From the IMG/VR virus record IMGVR_UViG_2922326829_000003, positions 42,710 to 106,709 of that record: a stretch of DNA of 64,000 nt. One strand, written 5' to 3'. How positions within the stretch are numbered: the stretch's first letter is position 1; every line of letters begins with the position of its first letter. Shown here piece by piece: positions 58,533 to 64,000 of the stretch. The position numbers and the translations under genes were made by a program. The notes under the pieces were generated by a model that saw nothing but the letters and a program-made list of their open reading frames with translations, ran no database searches and was not told the origin of the DNA. Source of the stretch: a virus (Duplodnaviria > Heunggongvirae > Uroviricota > Caudoviricetes).

Positions 58533-59105
58533 ATGAGACACCTGATATTTAAAGTTATCCACATCACTTTCTTTACGTTAGTTCTTTTTGCTTGTAATAC
58601 AGAAAACAAAAAGGAAAATCATTTAACTTATTTGAAATTGAATGGGACTGTTAGGTCGGTTTCATTAAGGCTGTATGAAGGAGAAGAAGGCGTTGCCGGA
58701 AAATTAAAAAAAAAGAAAAGTCAAAACGCAAGCTCAATGTGGTATTTTAACGAGAATGGATTTGCAGAGAAACAGATTAGTTATTGGGGAAATCAATCAG
58801 TCTTGCAATTTGACCCTTCATGGATTAGACAATTCACTTACAATGAAAAAGATTCTTTAATTGAAATAAATGATTTTAACCCACGAAAAAATCAGACTAC
58901 AAAAATATCACATATCAGTTGCTCTGAATATTTAGAAAAATATTTTGTAGAAGATTTTAACGTTCCGGCAGAAGCTTATAAATGGAGCTTTGAAGGGAAT
59001 ATTGTTGTGAGTAACGACGATCATTGCAAAAATTGGACATATAGAGTGATCAAAAACTATATTGGCTACACAATCATAGAAAGAGATATCATGTATTATA
59101 ATTAA
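58533..59105 (+). CDS. putative lipoprotein (190 aa)
   Basis: Signal peptide with lipobox-like LVLFACN. Confidence 0.35.
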   Translation: MRHLIFKVIHITFFTLVLFACNTENKKENHLTYLKLNGTVRSVSLRLYEGEEGVAGKLKKKKSQNASSMWYFNENGFAEKQISYWGNQSVLQFDPSWIRQFTYNEKDSLIEINDFNPRKNQTTKISHISCSEYLEKYFVEDFNVPAEAYKWSFEGNIVVSNDDHCKNWTYRVIKNYIGYTIIERDIMYYN

Positions 59106-59111
59106 ATTTTA

Positions 59112-59477
59112 ATGGCTCATAAAATAAGACTTCGAGAAAAGGATATAAATAAATTATCCAGCATTCTCAACTTTTCAACTGAAACACTTCAAGAACTGGA
59201 GGCTAAAAATTTACTTGACGACACCGAAGCTCGAAATTTACTGATCCTAAATGATTGGAGAGCACTAAAGAAAAACAAAAAATACACCACAACACAAATA
59301 GTTGAAGCTCTGGTTAATGAATATCAAGTATCCAAAACCAAAGTCGAAACTGTTATCTATGCTAAGAAAAAATCTCAATACTGGTGTAAAAAATGCCAGA
59401 AGCGAATACCTAAAAGTGAATACAACAAAAATGATGGTGTTTGCAATAGGTGTGTTGCATTATCCATTAAATTATAA
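59112..59477 (+). CDS. hypothetical protein with C-terminal CxxC..CxxC (121 aa)
   Basis: CKKCQ..(13 aa)..CNRC zinc ribbon. Confidence 0.25.
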   Translation: MAHKIRLREKDINKLSSILNFSTETLQELEAKNLLDDTEARNLLILNDWRALKKNKKYTTTQIVEALVNEYQVSKTKVETVIYAKKKSQYWCKKCQKRIPKSEYNKNDGVCNRCVALSIKL

Positions 59478-59515
59478 AGCGAATACCTAATCGTAACACA
59501 ATAAAATTAACAATT

Positions 59516-59845
59516 ATGGGAAACAAGAACATTCAGGCATATTGTTATTACAAAGAACAATATCCAAACACAGTAGTGCTTTTTCGAGTAGGAAATAACT
59601 ATGAGGTTTACCAAGAAGATGCGGAATCAGTTGCCAAAATCATTGGATTAGATATTGAAAAAACAGAGGTGAGCAACAGTACTTTTTGCAAAATCACATT
59701 CCCTGTTGACAAAGGTCTTGATTTTGTATCCACGCTTGCATCTCATAATGTTATAACAAAGATGGTAAGTCAACGGAATGAAAACGGCGAATTTGACATT
59801 CCAGATATTAATCAGCTGAAAACAGACAAAGAAAACGACTACTAA
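59516..59845 (+). CDS. standalone MutS domain-I-like (mismatch-binding domain) protein (109 aa)
   Basis: ..EQYPNTVVLFRVGNNYEVYQEDAESVAKIIGLDIEK..FPVDKGLDFVSTLASHNVITKMVSQ.. parallels the MutS N-terminal domain consensus (YPD.lLfFRvGDFYElF.eDA..as..L.i.LT.R..p.aG.P.h....yl.kLv..G.kVai.eQ). Confidence 0.4.
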   Translation: MGNKNIQAYCYYKEQYPNTVVLFRVGNNYEVYQEDAESVAKIIGLDIEKTEVSNSTFCKITFPVDKGLDFVSTLASHNVITKMVSQRNENGEFDIPDINQLKTDKENDY

Positions 59846-60097
59846 ATTTAGAAAATTCAATATGTTAAAATATGTATCTTATCAGTTATGTAAATGACTG
59901 ATAGATAGATCAAAATCATCTATAAAAAGAAATTTAACATTAATCATAAACAGCTGCATATCAGCTATTTGATGATAAAATTTACCCCAAAAATCCTTTG
60001 GAGATTGTAAATAAGAATATATATTTGCGCCACCAATCATTATAGAAATATGGTTGGTGGCTTTTATTTTGAACCAAATTAAAAATATAAATTAAAA

Positions 60098-60637
60098 ATG
60101 GAAACTAACGCAAGTGAGCAACCAAAGAAAATTTTCACAAAGCTAAAATTCATCAAGTCAGAACAAACTGGTGCTTATATTAGTTTTGTATCGCAAAACC
60201 CTAAAACCGGGAGAATTGTAGGTGTGAGGCAAGATTCAGAATACCCCAAGAAAATCTGCATCATAGATCAGAAACTTTCAAACCTGATTGTGCCGAACAT
60301 TTTGTATGACGTGACATTGATCCCGATGAAGGAGAAAAATGGCTACATAGCTATTGAAGCGACTCCTGTAGCTTTTAAGGCAACTATAGAAACATCTTAT
60401 GTTCCGAAAGCTATTTATAAAGTCGAGGTAAAGTTTGGGAACAAAACGATACTGTTTGATCCTGTCGATGGTAAGAAAGATTCTGTAAGGACAATCGCCG
60501 GGGTTAGAGAAATCCTGGAGAAACGCATGGATATTGAAAATTTGCCAAGCGTTATCGACGACTTCTCAGAAGCGGCTGATCTATTAATAAGACACTACAA
60601 CCATGACGGTGTTCAACTTAGGCACAGAAGGCACTAA
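60098..60637 (+). CDS. hypothetical protein (179 aa)
   Basis: ORF after an AT-rich intergenic region. Confidence 0.3.
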   Translation: METNASEQPKKIFTKLKFIKSEQTGAYISFVSQNPKTGRIVGVRQDSEYPKKICIIDQKLSNLIVPNILYDVTLIPMKEKNGYIAIEATPVAFKATIETSYVPKAIYKVEVKFGNKTILFDPVDGKKDSVRTIAGVREILEKRMDIENLPSVIDDFSEAADLLIRHYNHDGVQLRHRRH

Positions 60638-60857
60638 AAAGCCTAAGCTTCCCAGAAAACGCAAAAAAGTAGCAATTAAAGCTCAGGGGCGTAAATGGTA
60701 TCACGACACAATTAAGCTACATAAGATTACTTGTAAAGGTGGTCGATTTTACGAACCGGTCTGTAAGTTCTGGGTGAATTCAGAGGTAAAAATGCAACCT
60801 CGAATATTGCATGATGATAAAATAAGGCTACTGCCAACGCCTACAAAATATTGGTAA
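60603..60857 (+). CDS. small basic protein (84 aa)
   Basis: ORF with KKPKLPRKRKK segment. Confidence 0.2.
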   Translation: MTVFNLGTEGTKKPKLPRKRKKVAIKAQGRKWYHDTIKLHKITCKGGRFYEPVCKFWVNSEVKMQPRILHDDKIRLLPTPTKYW

Positions 60858-61261
60858 GCATGAGTTTGCATCGTCCAAGTATAGGGATAGCAACAGATGC
60901 TGCTCATTCGACAAAAAGATCGATTACTGAATACCAAGGCATAAATATTGAAACTGGAGAAAGATTGTTTTATAGAAATCTCGGAAATCAAACAGTAAAT
61001 ATCGGAGAATTTCTTGCGGTGATTGAAGCCGTTAAATACATAATCGAAAATGACTTCCAGCCTCGTATAATTTACACAGATAGCAAAACAGCTATGGCTT
61101 GGTATAGAAATAAAAGCACCGCTTCGAACAAGCGAAACAAAGAGTTGCAAAAAGCTGAGATATTTCTAAAAGCATTTGCTGCTGATGTGGACACCATCGA
61201 AGTCCTTCATTGGGACAACAAAAGTTGGGGCGAAACACCGGCAGATTTTGGCAACAAATAA
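60851..61261 (+). CDS. RNase H-like ribonuclease (136 aa)
   Basis: ..IGIATDAA.. (first Asp motif), ..GEFLAVIEAV.. (Glu) and ..IYTDSKTAMAW.. (TDS motif) follow the RNase HI pattern. Confidence 0.5.
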   Translation: MVSMSLHRPSIGIATDAAHSTKRSITEYQGINIETGERLFYRNLGNQTVNIGEFLAVIEAVKYIIENDFQPRIIYTDSKTAMAWYRNKSTASNKRNKELQKAEIFLKAFAADVDTIEVLHWDNKSWGETPADFGNK

Positions 61262-61641
61262 AAGCTATCGACAAAAACTTCAATTGAAACAGGTAATTCT
61301 ACCAAGAATCTTAATATAATATTCAGAAACCTCCTGAAGATGACATTTTTACAGATTGAGCCACCCAGGAGGCATAACTAAATTATGGTAATATTTCAAC
61401 TTGACTGAGGATCAATCTTCCTCATCTGCCTTTCGTATAAGCGATGAAATAGCTTTCAATATATCAGCAAGGTCAATATTGATTGTGATTTTCATTCTGC
61501 TTACCACTAAAAGAAAAGCCAGATACAGTGCCATCACCATATATTTCACAAAAATATGGCTTTTCTTTTAAAAAAGGCGAATAATTATCAACATTCAATC
61601 AGCCAAATATCTATTCATAGTAAATAACTGATTGAATACAT

Positions 61642-61712
61642 CGCGGAGTGGAGAAGAGGTATCTCGGTGTGCTCATTACTCACAGTCTCAGGTTCGAGTC
61701 CTGACTCCGCAA
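61642..61712 (+). tRNA. tRNA, probably Met (anticodon CAT); cloverleaf imperfect
   Basis: Acceptor CGCGGAG/CTCCGCA with a C1-A72 mismatch; anticodon loop CUCAUUA; T-arm TCAGG-TTCGAGT-CCTGA. The anticodon stem has one mismatch and the D-loop is short. Confidence 0.4.
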
Positions 61713-61735
61713 CAAATTAATTTAAACAGATAGTT

Positions 61736-61942
61736 ATGAATTACAACCAAAGAAGAGATAGCATCTTCAGCACTTTCAATCAAGCCAAGTTAGACTTAGA
61801 AAACTTGAACAAAGAAATAAGAGCTAACATTTCCAATAACAAAAGTCGGATTAAACAATTAAGGGAAGAAAACAAAGGCCTTTCATCTCTTAGTTTTAAA
61901 AACAAAATTTCGATAAAAATCTTTTCGAAATTCCTCGGCTAA
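61736..61942 (+). CDS. small hypothetical protein (68 aa) between tRNA genes
   Basis: ORF only. Confidence 0.15.
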   Translation: MNYNQRRDSIFSTFNQAKLDLENLNKEIRANISNNKSRIKQLREENKGLSSLSFKNKISIKIFSKFLG

Positions 61943-61971
61943 TTTCCGGTTTCATCTTTTTATAATCCGTT

Positions 61972-62045
61972 GTCCTTATAGCTCAGCCTGGTAGAGCGGT
62001 AGATTGAAGTTCTACGTGTCAGAGGTTCAAATCCTTTTAGGGACA
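61972..62045 (+). tRNA. tRNA-Phe (GAA)
   Basis: Acceptor GTCCTTA/TAGGGAC, D-arm GCTC-AGCCTGGTA-GAGC, anticodon stem GTAGA/TCTAC with loop TTGAAGT, T-loop TTCAAAT. Confidence 0.8.
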
Positions 62046-62072
62046 CAATGATGGGAGTGCCATCAGAGTTCT

Positions 62073-62930
62073 TTGAAATTTTTAATTAAAAAACAGATTT
62101 TATTTATGAAGAAATTCATGTATCTAATTATCGCGTTATTTGCGTGTGTAACTTTTACGAGTTGTCATGGAGTCCGGCCAGATGCGGATGAAGAAACGGT
62201 GCTTATCAAAAAGCCTTGGTTTTTCGGACATGGTGGAGTTGAAGCAAAGCCTGTTCAAACCGGATTAACATGGTGTTTTTGGAGCACAAGTTCAGAAACG
62301 TTCAAAATTGTACCGGTAAAACACGAAGAAGTTCTTGACGACATTATATCAAACGAGAATACGCCGCTGGATTTTAAAAGTATAATTGTACTGAAGGTTA
62401 AAGACGGTAAGTCGCCAATACTATTGGAAAATTATGGTGTCAATTGGTATGACAACAATATAAAAGAAACTTATACAAACTTAACTCGACATTATGTCTC
62501 CCAGTATTCTCCATTCGATTTGACAAGTAATCGGGAGGTAATCGCACATATAGACTCATGCGTAAAAAACGATATGGTTAAATATATCGCTAAATTATCC
62601 GAAGAAAAAGAATTCCCTGTTGTTGTCGAAAACGTTATTACTGGTCGAGCGATACCTAATGATGCGCAGCTTGCTGAAATGAATAATACAGCAGCTCAAA
62701 TTCAGGCTAAGCAAACACAGGAACGACGAAAAGAAATGGAAGAGGCGCGAGAACAAGCTGAACGACAGCGCGCTATTTCCGATAAAGCTTATCAAAAAGA
62801 AATGGGGCTTACCGCTGAACAATTTATTAGCTTGAAAGCGTGGGACATTATCGAAAAGAAGCAAGGCGCAAATATCGATGTTCTGTTTAATGCTGATAAT
62901 GCCAATCAGATGTGGAACATTAGGCGATAA
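62073..62930 (+). CDS. SPFH/band-7-like lipoprotein (285 aa)
   Basis: Lipoprotein signal (LIIALFACVTFTSC) and a C-terminal Ala/Glu/Gln/Arg-rich coiled-coil segment. Confidence 0.35.
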   Translation: MKFLIKKQILFMKKFMYLIIALFACVTFTSCHGVRPDADEETVLIKKPWFFGHGGVEAKPVQTGLTWCFWSTSSETFKIVPVKHEEVLDDIISNENTPLDFKSIIVLKVKDGKSPILLENYGVNWYDNNIKETYTNLTRHYVSQYSPFDLTSNREVIAHIDSCVKNDMVKYIAKLSEEKEFPVVVENVITGRAIPNDAQLAEMNNTAAQIQAKQTQERRKEMEEAREQAERQRAISDKAYQKEMGLTAEQFISLKAWDIIEKKQGANIDVLFNADNANQMWNIRR

Positions 62931-62990
62931 GGTATTCCAGACTTAAAACCTCTGGCGGTGTTTTCCCGAGCCGTAAAATTCGGGAGACAG

Positions 62991-63062
62991 GTCCTTGTAG
63001 CTCAGTGGTAGAGCAGCTGGCCGTTAACCAGCAGGTCCGTGGTTCGAATCCATGTGAGGACG
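62991..63062 (+). tRNA. tRNA-Asn (GTT)
   Basis: Acceptor GTCCTTG/TGAGGAC, anticodon stem GCTGG/CCAGC with loop CCGTTAA, canonical T-loop TTCGAAT. C rather than U at position 33. Confidence 0.7.
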
Positions 63063-63143
63063 CAATTTTTAATGGTAATGGATTTGTTTTATAGGGTTAG
63101 TCATTGAGACCAGGTTATTGCGAAATAGTCTGGTCTAAAATTT

Positions 63144-63216
63144 GCGGTAGTAGCTCAGTTGGTAGAGCACCGGTCTCCAAAACCGGGTGTCGGGAGTTCA
63201 AGTCTTTCCTGCCGTG
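63144..63216 (+). tRNA. tRNA-Trp (CCA)
   Basis: Acceptor GCGGTAG/CTGCCGT, anticodon stem CCGGT/ACCGG with loop CTCCAAA, T-arm GGGAG-TTCAAGT-CTTTC. Confidence 0.75.
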
Positions 63217-63220
63217 CTAT

Positions 63221-63596
63221 GGGGGTGACTGATTTTGACAGCGAATAAAAGTAAATGAATCGCCTGCGGTTGTGAATACCGCGCAACAAAAGTACAAAGC
63301 AATTAACTGGCAAAAATAAAATTAAAGCTTGGGGAAACAAGGTTTCTGCCAAAGCAGCAAACGTAATCAATATGTTTGCACAACCAGCAGTTAGATTTTC
63401 TGCTGCTGCGTAAAGCAAGTTAAATAACTTTCCAGGTGGAGTTTGAAATTTAGAAGTCTGGTGGTGGAACTCGACAAACCGTCGGCCCTTCCTTGAAAAA
63501 GGATATGTTTGCCCGTTCAGACAAAACGAGCTATGGCGTAAGTATATTCATTGAGGATAGTTTGTTTGGACGCGGGTTTGATTCCCGCCACCTCCA
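63221..63596 (+). ncRNA. ssrA: tmRNA (SsrA)
   Basis: The 5-prime end GGGGGUGACUGAUUUUGACAGCG pairs with the 3-prime CACCUCC, then A and CGA. T-arm GCGGG-TTTGATT-CCCGC. An internal short ORF ends ..FSAAA-stop, as expected for a tag reading frame. Overall ~375 nt. Confidence 0.7.
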
Positions 63597-63688
63597 CGAT
63601 TTTGTTCTCATTTCATGTTGTTCATAAAACAATCATTTTTAAATTAGACAATTTAAGCTACCCAGTTGTGAAACCCGGTAGCCTTTCT

Positions 63689-63775
63689 GGAAGTATGGGT
63701 GAATTGGTGAAATCAGCTCTTTGCTAAAGAGCCGAACGGTAAAACGTTCTGGGGGTTCGAGTCCCTCTGCTTCCG
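63689..63775 (+). tRNA. tRNA-Ser (GCT), type II
   Basis: Acceptor GGAAGTA/TGCTTCC, anticodon stem GCTCT/AGAGC with loop TTGCTAA, long variable arm (GAACG-GTAAAA-CGTTC), T-arm GGGGG-TTCGAGT-CCCTC. Confidence 0.75.
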
Positions 63776-63796
63776 CGATAAACTAAATACAACGTT

Positions 63797-64000
63797 ATGA
63801 TAGAAGAAATTACATCTAAAGAGCAGTACGACCATGTTCGCTCAAAATTAGACGATTTAATTGCCGAGGCAACTAAAAAAGGATTATTAGAGCCTGAAAT
63901 GGACAATGAGTATACTCAAAAAATAGGGTGTTTGAGTATTGCACTTGCAAAATATGAAGACAACATTTATCAATCAAATAAAACCGAAGGGGCGCGATAA
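63797..64000 (+). CDS. hypothetical protein, 3-prime truncated by window end
   Basis: ORF runs to the end of the window. Confidence 0.2.
   Translation: MIEEITSKEQYDHVRSKLDDLIAEATKKGLLEPEMDNEYTQKIGCLSIALAKYEDNIYQSNKTEGAR

Noticed and set aside
63221-63596. Exact tmRNA tag-peptide reading frame
   Set aside because: A candidate tag ending ..AVRFSAAA-stop is visible, but the resume codon cannot be fixed by eye, so the tag sequence is not reported as a feature.

Overview
This 64-kb window reads as one contiguous piece of a large tailed dsDNA phage, either a virion genome or a prophage. It is AT-rich, roughly 35-40% GC by eye, with obvious exceptions.

Positions 16-26673 are a single leftward (minus-strand) morphogenesis operon. 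Many of its genes overlap start to stop. In transcription order it encodes:
- portal protein
- Mu-F/SPP1-gp7-like head morphogenesis protein
- ClpP-like prohead protease fused to a scaffold
- probable major capsid protein, followed by a strong terminator
- contractile-tail sheath and tube
- a chaperone with a predicted -1 frameshift site
- an 1174-aa tape measure protein
- baseplate proteins
- three very large fibre/spike proteins of 587, 806 and 2217 aa

An AT-rich divergent control region at 26674-26856 contains a 12-bp palindrome and separates this operon from a rightward (plus-strand) block at 26857-61261. That block encodes dUTPase, an HNH homing endonuclease, NAD-dependent DNA ligase, a short tyrosine recombinase, an SLT-type lipoprotein endolysin, thioredoxin and a replication-initiator-like gene with an iteron array embedded in its coding sequence. 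It also encodes a C5-cytosine methyltransferase with an unusually long repeat-containing variable region, a PAPS-reductase-like PP-loop protein and a DUF2829/Tad2-like small protein. The rest comprises a standalone MutS-domain-I-like protein, an RNase H, two tandem paralogous double-HTH regulators and about 40 small ORFs, many strongly acidic.

The right end, 61642-63775, is an RNA gene cluster: tRNA-Met-like, tRNA-Phe, an SPFH lipoprotein gene, tRNA-Asn, tRNA-Trp, a full tmRNA and tRNA-Ser. A 1.2-kb noncoding island at 39486-40684 lies next to the only minus-strand gene in the plus block. It carries alternating purine-pyrimidine tracts and repeated short motifs.

No CRISPR array, reverse transcriptase or terminase gene is visible in the window. 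All functional calls come from motif recognition by eye. No database search was run.
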